A DNA stretch of 64,000 nucleotides from the human T2T-CHM13v2.0 reference genome, Homo sapiens: the NCBI RefSeq assembly GCF_009914755.1, contig NC_060937.1; one strand, given 5' to 3'. A program made the position numbers and the translations under genes. This document shows, piece by piece, positions 39,250 to 53,480 of this stretch. How positions within the stretch are numbered: position 1 is the stretch's first letter; each line of letters begins with the position of its first letter. The notes under the pieces are model-generated. The model was not told the DNA's origin and did not search any database. It worked only from the letters and a program-made list of their open reading frames with translations.

Positions 39250-40532
39250 AATTCAGAAATTTGAAGTTATACAAGTTAAAACACTACCTACCTCAGACTC
39301 CAAACAAGAAGAGTTAAGACTGAAAAAGATTTTGAGCTACAAAACCCCCTTAATTCTGTGCCCCACAAAACATGACCAGATTCAGGCTACAGCCATCTCA
39401 TCTATTATTTCAGATGGCCTTTGAGTGATCAGCCACAAATCGAGAAGGAGACAAGGGATGAGAAAGAAAAGGCATAAGCCAACCTTGCGAAGTATATCTA
39501 GGAAGGAACTTTGGATGGTGGTCACTGCCACATGAAGTCTAATGCAAGCCCACTAAATTTATAAATTTATAAATCATATTACCAAAAGCAATGAAAATTC
39601 TTGACTTCATACACCTTTGACTAGAGCAGCCTTAATAAAAATTTTGGGCTCTTGGATTTGCACCAGCAGGAATGGGCTCTAAAAACTCTGTAGCCACTAA
39701 GGAGAGCACAGTTCTCAGTATCGATTTCCGAGGTGGAGAATAATAAAAAAGAAAGCATCTCCCAGAAGGTGGAGCTCGAGTCTGCAGAGAACAGCAAACA
39801 GGTAGTGTCTCTAAAACAGCAAAATCAGGTTCTAATCAAGGAACTTTCCCCACTCTTTGAGTAAGATTTTGCAACTTTTATGGGCCAACTATTGCCATGC
39901 CTCTGCCATTTGACCTGTTTCTATATGGGAGATTTATTGCTGTTGTCTGTGGTTGGTTTGTAATTATTTGGGGAAAGGTACAGTGCAGACAACTTGTCTT
40001 TTTAGCTCTAAGGTGGATCAAGATGCCACATTATAATCTGATGGAGATGACTGGGAAACACTTAGAAATACTGGACTTTGAGCATAAATAGTAACCAGGT
40101 GGGGTTTTGAGTTATCTCGATGTGTGTGGGAAAAGAGTGAAACAGATAGTTGGTCACCAAAGGAGAGAGGCTGTTGCGGTTGCAGAGACTGGCTCATTGT
40201 TCACCAAATTAGTGTTATTCTCCACCAGGGCACACAGCTAGACATTTCCTCCTTTGCAATTAGAAACAGCCATGTGACTGAGTTCTGGCCAATGGGAGGG
40301 CACCTTCCATTTCTGGACCTTGGCAATGTAAAGTCCTTATGACCAACTACCTCTCTCTTCCCCATCAACTAGTTGGAAGTAGAAACATTTTTAAAGATGA
40401 CATAAAGTCAGCCTAATTCCCAAAATGGCTGTCTTCCCCACTGGTGGCTATCTAGACTCTATGTGAGTTACTGACGTAAACTGAGATTTAGGAGTTCATT
40501 TGTCAACACTCAGAATGATCTTAGCTAATAAA
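39250..40532 (+). mobile_element. MLT1J-like element: decayed internal region plus 3' LTR (about 40171-40532)
   Basis: The internal end CTGGACTTTGAGC... and a purine tract AAAGGAGAGAGG precede TG. The LTR reads GCAGAGACTGGCT..TGTTCACCAAA..GGGCACACAGCTAGAC..CCATGTGACTGAGTTCTGGCCAATGG. Confidence 0.7.
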
Positions 40533-41729
40533 CCCCTCTACCCCTATAAAAAGGCTTAATGAGCTAACTGAGACAATATAGGTTTCTGGCAACTAGAATA
40601 GTAATAGCTAAGACAATCCAACTGTGGAATTATTACTTAGGCTCCTCCAAGGACCATAGGTTACTTTGTTCATAGCGCAGCTCCAGTGGAATAAAAATAA
40701 CCTAAATAAATCAAAACAAACAGCAAGTACAAATAAAACAGAATACTTTGTTCTTGAAAGATCAAATGTAAATCAAGCCTCTACTATCTCCAAGTCTTTA
40801 TCTTCAATGATGCCCTGAGGTTAAGGTCGTTTTGAAGAAATAATAGCGATAGACTAGCATACAGATCTGCTGGGAAGCTGAAGTCTCACACTACCCAGGG
40901 CCCAAATTTTGTTTTTAATTTAAATAGACAAGGATATTCCCAGATTATTACTTTTCAAGGATCCTAAAGATGTTTTATGGTAAGCTACAGACTCCAAGAC
41001 GAAACTGAAGTTGTTATAGGAGTTGTAGTATCAGATAAAATGCCACCTATATAAAGAGGACCCTGAAGGCTGTTCATCAGAGGCCCTCTGCACTCTTAAG
41101 GACTGGTTACAAAGATAAAAAGAAGTGGTGTCCAGAGAACACATATCATCCCAAAAGGTTAATCCTGACCCCAAATGTTCCCAGTGGTTCCCTGAAGATC
41201 CTGAACCAGAAAAAGTTTCTCGTGGCAGGGAAAAATAGTGGGCAGGTTTTTAAACCAATTGTCACACATGCCACAATAAGCAGCTGATCATTTCTGTGCC
41301 TTATTTTTCTGTGCCTGTTTCAGGATGCTCTTTATCCTTGGGACACACGATTGTATATATTAGCATAGAAATGTTGGTTTTTGCCCCATTTGCTAAATGG
41401 GATTTTTTTGGTGACAGTTTTCTCTTCCACCACTAAAAACCTCCCCACTATAGGTTGCAGTTGTCTCTGGATACAACAATTTCCTGGGCCTAAGGGTCAC
41501 CATGCCTTAGTAAATGGTTGACTTCTTTCACATAGGGGCCAAACCCAAGAACACTGGTGAACATGTGGGAAGAAGGAAAGCTATCTGTCGAGCAGCCAAG
41601 GAAAAAAGATGATACCTTCAAAGATGTCTCCCAGTCCGTGATAACATTCCTCATATGGGAACTGACCCCTTCCACTAACAGAGGGGAATGACGCCTCTGG
41701 AAGTCTGTTCATACAATGTGACAGTACAA

Positions 41730-42105
41730 ATGTTCTGTTCTGGACATAATTGATAAGCCAGAAGTGGGCACAGCATTGAAGTTGAACAAATAAAACTATT
41801 TTTCCTGAAAACTTAGAGTTTGAGTTTCTACATCAGCCTAGTGGTCCACTTAACTGAGGTGGTTCAACAGCAGCAGAAATGAAGCTGGCCTCTTCTGCTA
41901 AGATCACAGAAAAGAAGGTGAAGCCAGACTGTCAAGAGCAGAGAATCATACAAACAAACAAGGAAAAGCAGAGGCAACAGGTCATGAATTCCAGGAAGAA
42001 TTAAGTGAGTGTGGGCACATGGACTTCTGATTATTCCTGCTTTAAATCAAACTGAACTCAACAACCTTCCATTCTGCAAGGTAACTCTGCATCTTTCAAA
42101 TATAA

Positions 42106-42139
<34 letters not shown>

Positions 42140-42200
42140 ATATATATGTATTTTTTTTTCTTAAATGAGCTCAAGTTGGTTTTGTTTCCTAATGCCAGAA
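41730..42200 (+). mobile_element. Ancient MLT1K-like LTR containing a (TA)n tract at 42100-42150
   Basis: The 3' end TTTTCTTAAATGAGCTCAAGTTGGTTTTGTTTC resembles MLT1 termini. Confidence 0.45.
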
Positions 42201-43354
42201 GTACAGGACAACAACCAGGCACTCCCTTTGAAGTCAGCCCCTTTGCGTAATTAATTCCCTAACCTTAGCTTAACCCAGTTCACTTATTTTCTTTTCCCCA
42301 TTGTCAGTCTATTGATACTGGCATGCCCCCCTGACCACATCTAATAATGGCTATCAAAGGATTCATGATATTCCTCACCAGGCTGTCTTTTTTTTTTTTT
42401 AACTTTGCTAACTGCAAAAATTTATTTCTCTTTGCTTTGTTAAAGTCAGATTTCAAATATGTAAGGATTAACCTTTATATGCTTATATGGCTGCTATTTT
42501 GCTACTAATTCCATTCATCTTATATCTGTTTCACATTTGGCATTACTTAAAGAGGAGATACTTTATTCTGTCTGATCAGAAAACTTGTCGTTTTCTTTTT
42601 ATCATTTGCTTTTGATGTATTGAATTCATCTGTGCTTCATTCAGGTTTACTGCATGGTTATTTGAGTTGATCTAACCAGGATCTCCTCCTGGACTTTACA
42701 TTCACTGTCCAAGGCCTTCCACAAGGACACGTTACAGGTTATGTGATCACCCTGGCTATGATGGACAGCAGCCATACCGACAACAGAAGACAATACTGGT
42801 CTACTATGAGTAGGACATCATGCTATTTTTTGTCTTAGATCTCAAATCTCAATGACACCTCTAGTCTCCCTTCTCACTTGACTGAATTAAGACATTTTAT
42901 CCTATATCTTATTTTAAAATAATGACTACTAGGAAAAATAATACCAAGGATTGTCTTCTCCCAAGAAACAAAGCCTTACCTCTCTGATCTTTATTCTTTT
43001 TGAAATAGCCTCCTATTTTCCCACAGCTTAAGGGTCAGTTACAATCTGACCACATTTAATGTAAAATAGAGTTCAGCATTCAAGTTGTGCTATTACCAAA
43101 GTAAAGCATGTTAACACCTGAAAATACTTAGCTTCTGATAGATTAAATGTGAATCAAAGCCAATTTTGTTTTCTCTACATCTTCACTTTGGGTCTTTTAC
43201 TCCTCTATACTTTGGTACAAATCCATCCTCCAATTAATACAGAAACACTAGACTTTACTGAATACTTCTAGCCCCCTGGACTATGTTACTCCATCCCCAG
43301 ACAAGTTATTTTACTGGACACTGGAAAACCTGTAAGGACTCATTGGTGTAAAAT

Positions 43355-43718
43355 TCTCTCTGCTGTGTCCTGGGGATCTGCTATTCCAGGCCCGGCTCAG
43401 ATGGGACAGTTCAACAGAGGCCGGTCTGCTCTTCCTGTGTTGTCCTCCTCCTTGTGCCGGTAGGTTAACCCAGGCATGCTGTTTTCATGGTGATAACAAA
43501 ACACCAGCAAACCCCTCCATATCCACTCGAGGCTCGGTGCTGGCACACCATTATTTCTGCCTTATTTTATCAACCAAAGCATGTCACCCAGCCAAACGCC
43601 AATGCTCGGGGTCAGGAAAAATACTGCACTTTTATGTGAGGAAATCAAAAACCGCATGTCAAAGGTCCTAGACAGAAAGAAAGATGAAAAATCAGTGACT
43701 ATAATACAATCTGCCACC
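43355..43718 (-). mobile_element. MLT1I-like LTR, CpG-retaining
   Basis: CCCAGGCATG.TGTTTTCATGGTGA...TTTCTGCCTTATTTTATCAACCAAAGCATGTCAC...TACAATCT. Confidence 0.7.
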
Positions 43719-44804
43719 ACCCAACTAGTCTTCTGTCACTATGTTTAATATGAAGAAACTGTATTAAATATTTTTAAATCCTTTCCGGCTTTAGCATTAT
43801 GATTCTGTATAAACTTTTCAATGTATTGCTTTATAATTCCACATTATTTTTATTATTCTAACAATTAGAGATATCTGTTCAGATTAAATTTATAACACAT
43901 TACAGAAGCTTCATGATATGTGATACATATATTCTTTTTCCAGAGAGAATTATAATTACATTATATTAGAAAACCTAATAAATGTTTTTCTAAACTTAAA
44001 AGGAAAAATGATTTTGTTCTTTTGGTTGTAAATTCACATATCTTCAGATGTTACTGGCCTACAAAAATGAATGAGGTGGTATTAGCATTTTTGCCACATC
44101 ATATTTTACTGGTTCTGTAATCCACCTGTATAAATTGCTGCAACTCCAAACTTCACACCCACACATCTACTAAATCATTTTTAAGCGTCCCCAGGTTGTA
44201 CTGTGTATGCTTATAAATAAATTCACTTATATTCTTCAGCTCCAGAATCTTTACTGATAACTTCTCCCAGCAAATATACTAAATGGCAGCAACTTTGTTG
44301 AAGTATTCTTGACATAAAATAAAATGCACCCATTTTAAGCATACCTTTCTATGAGTTTCGACAACTTTATTCACCTGTGTAACCTTTGCCACAATCAAGA
44401 AATAGAGCCTTTTTATCATCTACAAAAGATCTTACGTGCCCCTTCACATCAATCCTACACCTTCTGCTCCCAGCTCAAACACTGACCTAATGTCTGTCAA
44501 TCTGGATTAAATGTGTTTTCTTAAAAGGTTACATTAGGTTTTGTATCTGACCCTTTTAGCTCAGCAAGATTTTATTGTGACTCATTTATGCAGTTGCACG
44601 AATGAGTCTATTTATTCCTTTGCATTGCTGAGTAACATTCCATTCTGTGTGTACACAGCAAATTGTTTATTCATTAACTGCTGAAGAACAGTTGAGATTT
44701 TTCCAATTAAAGTTATCGCAAAAAAAACTAATATAACACTTGCATATAAGTTTTTTCATAGATCCTTGGTATGCATTTAATCACTATAGTGTTGTGTAAT
44801 GGTA

Positions 44805-45093
44805 TTTTTTTATTATACTTTAAGTTTTAGGTTACATGTGCACAACGTGCAGGTTAGTTACATATGTATACATGTGCCATGTTGGTGTGCTGCACCCATC
44901 AACTCGTCATTTAACATTAGGCATATCTCCTAATGCTATCCCTCCCCCCTGCCCCCACCCCACAACAGGCCCTGGTGTGTGATGTTCCCCTTCCTGTGTC
45001 CAAGTGTTCTCATTGTTCAATTCCCACCTATGAGTGAGAACATGAGGTGTTTGATTTTTTGTCCTTGCGATATTCTGCTGAGAATGATGGTTT
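44805..45093 (-). mobile_element. Young L1PA (L1PA3/4-like) 3'UTR fragment, 5'-truncated
   Basis: TTATTATACTTTAAGTTTTAGG.TACATGTGCACAACGTGCAGGTTAGTTACATATGTATACATGTGCCATG. Confidence 0.95.
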
Positions 45094-45224
45094 AATCACA
45101 GTTTTAATTTACATTTTACAGTATATTAATAATGTTGAGCAACTTTTCATGTGATTTTTGGTATTTTGTGTACATTATTTTATGCTATATCTGTTTAAAC
45201 GTTTTGCTTTTTTGGCTTGTCTGG

Positions 45225-45518
45225 TCCCAAGGTGGGACCAGGTGGAGGTAATTGGATCATGGGGGTGGTCTCCTCCACGCTGTTGTCATGATAATGAGTG
45301 AGTCTCAGGAGATATGATGGTTTTATAAGCATCTGGCATTTCCCCTGCTTGTTCTCACCCTGTCCTGCTGCCCTGTGAAGAGGTGCCTTCTGCCATGATT
45401 GTAAGTTTCCTGAGACCTCCCCAGCAATGCAAAACTGTGAGCCAATTAAACCTCTTTCCTTTATAAATTACCCAGTCTTGGATATTTCTTCATAGCATTG
45501 TAAGAATGGACCAATACA
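45225..45518 (+). mobile_element. MSTA/THE1D-like LTR lacking its 5' end
   Basis: GGACCAGGTGGAGGTAATTGGATCATGGGGG ... GAATGGACCAATACA. Confidence 0.92.
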
Positions 45519-45954
45519 ATGTTCTTTATCAAATTGAAGAAATTCCCTTCTCTTCCTAATTTGCTGATATCTTTCTCATAAATGGTGGTTAAATATCTGT
45601 TAAATGCTTTTCCTACCTCTAGATAATTATATGGATTTTGTCTTTTATTTTGGTAATAAGATGAAACATATTTCCACATGTAATACCAACCTTGTGTCTC
45701 TGGTATAAATGCTACTTGGTTATGATGTATTATCCTTTTTTTCACATATGGCTGGAATTGATTTGCTAATATTGGCTTCAAGTGTTTTATTTTTTACACA
45801 CTATATTTTTTAGGGATCTTGGTGCATAGTTTTCTTTGTCAATAATGTATTTGACAGATTTTTCACTTGAGAATAATGCTGCCCTAATAAAATGAAAAAG
45901 AAAGTATTCTTTCCTGCTGTATTTTTTGAAAGATATTGGTAGAATTAGTGTTTG

Positions 45955-47131
45955 TTTTATGGGATCTTTGGGGTGCCACTTTTCTGGCCGGAAACCTCTC
46001 TGTCTGGTGGCACCTTTGCCTGAGTTCTTGTCCTGCGTCCAGGAAGAATGAGGTATGCAGACAAGTGTAAGGTGGATAAGGTGAAGAGGACTTTATTGAG
46101 TGTTACAACAGCTCAGAGGAGACCCACAGTAGGTAGCTCCTCTCTGTAGGGCGGTCCTTTCCTGGAGTATTCAGCTCTCAGCAGAGAGGAGGCCCTGAAG
46201 AGGGTGGCTCCTCTCTGCCAGCAGGTTGGCCCATCATCTCCAGCTATCAGCAGAGAGGGTAGTCCCTCTCTGCAACTGGTTGTCCTGTCTCTCCACCCTC
46301 TCCCTCTTCTGTCCTGCTCTGGCTGAACCTGGGGCTTTTATGGACCTCAGAGGGGAGGAAGTGCATGCAGGTTGGTCCATGGGCTGCCATGGGCAGCTGA
46401 AAGAGGCACCATGAGTCCCCCAGACTGGCAGCCCAGCCCCCAGCCTTCAGACCCCTGCTGGCATAAAGGAGAAACCTTATCAGGACCCACCCCCTTCTGC
46501 CCATGAATCTGCCTGCCTCTTGCTGCCATTCACGGCCCTGGGGCTCAGCCTTAACCTTGCTCCAAGGTTGGAGCAGGTTCCGGGAGTGGAGAGAGACCAG
46601 GCAGTGGGAGCAGACACTCCCAAGCCTGCAGGGATAAGAGTCTTCCTGGTTCCTGAGGGTGCAGACTGCAAAGATAACCAGGTCCTGCACCTGGGAAGGT
46701 GGCCGCAGCTGCACCCCAGGAGCTCCGGCCCCACCAGCTCGGAAGGGGCGAGGCGATGCTCCCACTTGTCCCTGGCTCCTGCCTGCTCCGAGGAGCAGGA
46801 GGCCCAGGTCTGCAGCCATGGGTTGGGTGGCTGAAGCTGCTCCTGGTAGGGCAGATCTTGCCTGCTCCTGGCTCCCACAAAGAGCACAGGGAGGCTCGGA
46901 TCCATAGCCACAGTTTGAGCAGCTGTAGCTCCACCCAGGACAGCAGGGCTCCTGGCTGGTCCATAGAGCAGGAGGGCTAGGTCTGGAGCTGGTTTGGGAG
47001 GCTGCAGCAGCACTTAGGGAACTTCTGCTCCAACTCAGAAGGGGCAGGGCTCCCACCAGCTCCATGGAGTGTGCAACCCCAGCTGTGCATCCCTGCTGCA
47101 GCTGCTGTGATGGCAGTAGCCACTGCCATCA
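45955..47131 (-). mobile_element. MER52(A)-like ERV1 solo LTR, GC-rich
   Basis: Contains GGGATCTTTGGGGTG..CTTTTCTGGCCGGAAACCTC and CAGCTCTCAGCAGAGAGG repeats. The minus-strand start is TGATGGCAGTGGC. A 4-bp TSD TTTG lies on both sides. Confidence 0.9.
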
Positions 47132-47639
47132 TTTGGGTTGGTTGGTTGGTTTGTTCTTTGGTTGGTTTTTGAAGATGTTTGATCAAGTTTATCAGCAAAT
47201 GCATCTAGGCCTGAAGTTGTCTTTGTGGGAAGATTTTAGTTAGTCAAGTTCCTTAACAGATATGAATCTATTTTGATTTTCTACATCTTCTTGAGACCAT
47301 TTTGTACTTTGTGTCTGTCAAGGAATTGGCCAATTTTATGTTAAGTGGAACAATGTATTAATGTCTATTTATTCATAATATTTCCTTGTTATACCTTTTA
47401 TGTCTGTTGAATCTATATTGACATACTATCTTTTATTCATGATATTGGCAATATGTGTCTTCTCTTACCTTTCCTGGTTAACCTAGACAGAAGCTTTTCA
47501 ATGTTACTACTCCATTCAAACACTAACCTTTTTATTTCATGAGGTTGTCCATTCATTTTCTTTTCCGTTATTATTATTATTTCCTCTTTTCTACTTAGTT
47601 TGTACTTAACTTGCTTTTACTTTTCATGCTTTTTTGTCT

Positions 47640-47810
47640 TTGTTTCTGTTTGTTGTTATTTATTGAGTGGGTGGGGTCTCACTCTGCTGCCCAGGCTGGA
47701 GTGCAGTGGCACAATAATGGCTTATTACAGGCCCTGGGCTCAAGGGATCCTCCCACCTCAGCTTACCGAGTAGCTGGGACTGCAGGCATGGGCCATCATG
47801 CCTAGCTAAC
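47640..47810 (-). mobile_element. Alu right monomer (FRAM or truncated AluJ)
   Basis: GGTCTCACTCTG.TGCCCAGGCTGGAGTGCAGTGG..GGCTCAAGGGATCCTCCCACCTCAGC. Confidence 0.88.
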
Positions 47811-50081
47811 ATTTTCTTGCTTTTTAAGGTAGAAATTTTATTGATTTGGGATCTGGCTTCTGTTTTACTATAATCACTTAAAACTATACATTTCCCTGCT
47901 TTTGCTGGATTAGCTGAATTCTACAATTTTGGTTTAATTTTGCTTTCATTCATTTCAAAATGTTTTTTAAATTTATGTGTGATTTCTTCCTTGACCCATG
48001 AATTATTTAGAGGTATATTGTTTAATTTCCAGATATTTGAATTTTCTAGATATCTTATTACACCTTATTCCTAATTTAATTATGTTGTGAGAAAAAAACT
48101 GTGTAGTTTCTGTTTTTTGAATTCATTGAAACTTGTTTAATGGCAACATGTGGTATATTTTTAAATCTGTTTTCATGTGTACTTCAAAGGAATGCACATT
48201 ACACTGTTGTTAGGCAAAATGTTCTATGTATTTTTCAGATCAAGTTGATTAAGAATATTGTTCTGGTCTTCTATATCTTTAATAAATTATTGTCTACCTG
48301 TTCTGCTAATTACTGACAGAAACATGTTGAAATTACCAAATACAATTGTGGATTTAACAATTTATTCAGTTCTGTCAATATTACTTTCATGCACTTTTAA
48401 GCTCTGTTATTAATTGCATCATATTTATATTTACTAAGTCTAATTAATGAATTGAATATCATTTATCTCTGTTCCTTGTGAGGCCAACTTTTTAGGATTA
48501 TTGCTTACATGGCATATCTTGTTTCATTCATCTAATTTGAATCTATCTGTATCTTTGTATAAGGAAATTTATTGAAGACAGGGTACAGTTTGATTGTGGT
48601 TTTTAATCAAACATAACAATCTCTAATTTTTTAATTTGAGTTTGTATACTATTTACATCTAATGCAGCTATTGGCATGGTTGGATTTAAGTCTACATCAT
48701 GTTTCCTCTTTTGTAATTATCTTTTATCCTCTCTTTTGTTATTCTTTCTTAATTTTTGAAAGACACATCTTCAGGATAGAGAGCTCTAGGTTTGTGGGTT
48801 GTTATTGTTTGTTTGTCTACTTTAAACTTTTTGTTCCATTGTCTTCTCATTTGCAAAGTTTCTTATGAAAACTTTATAGTCCTTTTTATCTTTGTTCCAC
48901 TACATATAATGTGTATTTGCTTTCTCTTCCTGACATTCTCCTTTTGTGGACACCTATTACACATACATTATTAGAATGCGCTATAGGGTTGCAAAATTCA
49001 CTGAGAGTCTATTTATTATTTTGTAATAATAATTTTTTTGCTTGTTGGCATATCCAGCAATTTCTAATCATAAGTCAGACACTATGAATTTTATGTTGCT
49101 GAATGTGATCTGTACTCTGTACTCTCTTTAAAGAATGTTGATCTTTTTTCTCCCTATAAGTTATTTAAGGTTAACTTGGATCCTTTCAAGATTTGATTTA
49201 ACTTTGTTAGGGTACTTCTAGAGTACCTTATACTCTAGAGAATGTTTAGTCCCATATCTAAGTCAAAATCTTCATCAACATCTACTGAATACCTTGGTAA
49301 TCAGTGGGGACTCTCACTTCTGGTTAATTGCAACTTAAACAATCCTGTAAGACAATCCTGTTGTACAAAGTCCAGAAATTACTCAAGTCGCAGCTCACTC
49401 ATGTTTGTTTGTCCAACATTACAGAGTTTTCGCCCCACACATGCTCAACTTAATATTCAGAAGAAAATCAACAGGTTGCCTATGCAGACTTCTGAAGGTT
49501 TTTTTTTTCTTTTTGGATCCCCCATTTCTAAAATCTGTCTCAACAACTTTCAACCATGGTCTGTTTGGTAACCTCCTCCCAAGGAGGAGATCTGGAAGGT
49601 ACCCACAAGAATCAAGTCAAGATGATTGTAGGGCTAACCTTATTTTTTTACCCTCTCTCAAGGATCACAGTTTTGCATTGTCTGTTTTCCAATATGTGAA
49701 AACTATCACTTTATATATATACTGTAATTGTTTTCTAGTTGTTTATGACAAGAAGGTAAATGCTGTACCTATTATTTCATTGTGGCCAAAAGCAAAAAAA
49801 AAGTTTACCATTATATTCTATCTGAGAAGTAGGTAAAGCACTATACACAGGGAGTAATTTGCTAGTGGCCATTGTTGTTTTTTAACACCAAGCATGAGAA
49901 ACGGTAGATATCTTGTAACTACTCTAAATCAAAAGCCACTGAAGTATAATATGTTGCTAATCTGACTTATAATTAAATAACATAATTAAGGGCAGCATGG
50001 CGGAGTGGAATGGTTTTAAAGAAAACTAAGAACCTTTTTCTGATTCAAAATTATATGACAACAATCTAGAAAAGCAGTCCT

Positions 50082-50378
50082 TGACAGGGCACAGTGGCAC
50101 ACGCCTATAATCCCAGCACTTTGGGAGAGTAAGGCAGAAATTCCTGAGGTCAGGAATTTGAGACCAGCCTGGCCAACATGGCAAAACACCTCGTCTCTAC
50201 TGAAAATACAAATATTAGCTGGATGTAGTGGTGGGTGCCTATAGTTCCAGCTACTTGAGAGGCTGAAGCAGGAGAATCTCTAGAGCCTGGGAGGCAGAGG
50301 TTTCAGTGAGCCGAGATCACTCCACTGTACTCCAGCCTGGGCGATAGAGAGACACTCCGTCAAAAAAAGAAAAAAAAA
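50082..50378 (+). mobile_element. Alu (AluS)
   Basis: Full dimer with an A-tail. Confidence 0.96.
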
Positions 50379-50699
50379 TCCCTAAATAATTAATCACTGT
50401 TCAAAGGACTGTTCCAACATCCTAAACGGATGAGTGTCTGTACAAATAATATAAATTGTCAATATCCAATTCTGTTCAAGTTTTAAGAGAAGAATATATG
50501 TGGGTACAGAAAAGTGGGATATATAACATTTGAAGAGATAACATCTCCTATTCTAACAGGTGTTAAACAAATGAAATAAATATAAAATGATACAATAATT
50601 TCAGAGTATAGTGGGAATGGGAAAGGAAAAAAGATACCATGTGGAAAGATAGATTAAGATCATACTTTGGGAGTTTGATTTCACTATCCCAGGAAACAA

Positions 50700-52320
<1,621 letters not shown>

Positions 52321-52332
52321 ATCTAACCTTAT

Positions 52333-52670
52333 TGCTATGGTTTAAATTTCTTCTTCAAAACTCATGTTGAGATTTAATACCCAGTATTAAGAGTTGGGAC
52401 CTTTAAAGGCGACTAGGTCAGGAGGGCTTTACTCTTGTGAATAATTAATGCCATTATCAAGGGGCTAAATTAATCATCATAGGAGCTCCACCCTTTTTTC
52501 CTCTCTGTCTTCTGTGTACTTGCCATCTTTTGCCCTTTCTCACTACATGATGCCCTCATGCCATGTTATGTTGTACCAAGATGGCCCTTACCAGATGCAG
52601 CCCCTAGATTTTGGACTTCCAGTTTCCAGAACCAAAGCCAGATAAATTTTCTTTCTTTGTAAACTACCCC
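52333..52670 (+). mobile_element. MSTC/D-like LTR, 3'-truncated
   Basis: TGCTATGGTTTAAAT..CAAAACTCATGTTGA...GGCCCTTACCAGATGCAGCCCCT..TTGGACTTCC. Confidence 0.8.
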
Positions 52671-52789
52671 AAAAAAGAATATAGTGGGATTAAAAAGTTT
52701 TTTTTTTAAGTTTAGTATTTCCTAGCATTGGCAAATGAAAAGTTTACATCACAAATCTGACAAGGTAGACAGGTAAACCAGCCTAAAAC

Positions 52790-53480
52790 TTTTGAACGTA
52801 AATTTAAAAACAATGAGAAGACTTGAAAGATTTCAAGCAGGAGCTTGGCCTGATAAGATTTGCATTTCTACAGAATAATTCTGGAGACAGTGATGAGAAT
52901 GAATTCAATCAGTGTTTCTCAATCTCAAGACTACTGACATTTTGGACCACAGAATTCTTTACTGGAGAGGGTTGTTGTGGGCATTGCAGAATATTTGGCA
53001 GTATCCCTGACTTCTACCTAGTAGATGCCAGTAGCATCCTCAACTAGTTAACTGAAACCAAAATGACAATTGAATAACTTAATACTCGAATACATTAAGA
53101 TTGATGAAAAAATAGCCTCAACTGGGAAAAATTGCCCCAACTGGGAAACACTGCATGAGAAGGAATCAAGGAGATGTGAGGAGACTGTATAGCAGGCTGT
53201 TGAATGGAGCAGACAAAAGGTAACGTTAGCTTACATTCGAAGGTGGAAGTATAAATCGGGGACACTGAATAAATATGAATGCTTGAGGGTGGAGGAATGA
53301 TCTTAATCATCCATTGAATGTTGGATATGAGGGGGAAAGAGGAATTGGATATTAACTCTGGATTTTTTGCTTAATTTATGTGGATTAATAATTTTAAAAT
53401 GGAGAATATAGGACAATAAGCAGATATATGGAGGAAAGATCTCAGTTTTGCTTTGGACTTGTTGACTCAAGTGTTTATGA
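52790..53480 (-). mobile_element. L2 fragment interrupted by MER20
   Basis: TTGAAAGATTTCAAGCAGG..GATTTGCATTT; TTGGATATGAGGGG; CAGTTTTGCTTTGGACTTGTTGA. Confidence 0.65.
52910..53153. mobile_element. MER20 (hAT-Charlie)
   Basis: CAGTGTTTCTCAATCTC..ACTACTGACATTTTGGACC..CTACCTAGTAGATGCCAGTAGCA ... GGAAACACTG, with inverted ends. Confidence 0.88.

Larger units (their letters stand above)
44290..49800 (-). mobile_element. Ancient L1M (L1MB/MC-like) spanning 3'UTR to 5' end with deletions; host of L1PA, MST, MER52 and Alu insertions
   Basis: The 3' end is AACTTTGTTGAAGTA..AAAATGCACCCATTTTAAG. The ORF2 remnant at 45461..45781 reads KRIIHHNQVAFIP.TQGW. A 5'-end-like motif CCCTCTCTCAAGGATCACAG lies near 49650. 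Confidence 0.8.

Noticed and set aside
38936-39424. 162-aa ORF with a TH repeat
   Set aside because: Made of Alu plus the (CA)n microsatellite.
46247-47065. 272-aa ORF and several overlapping ORFs
   Set aside because: They lie within the GC-rich MER52 LTR, are open in many frames on both strands and show no recognisable domain.
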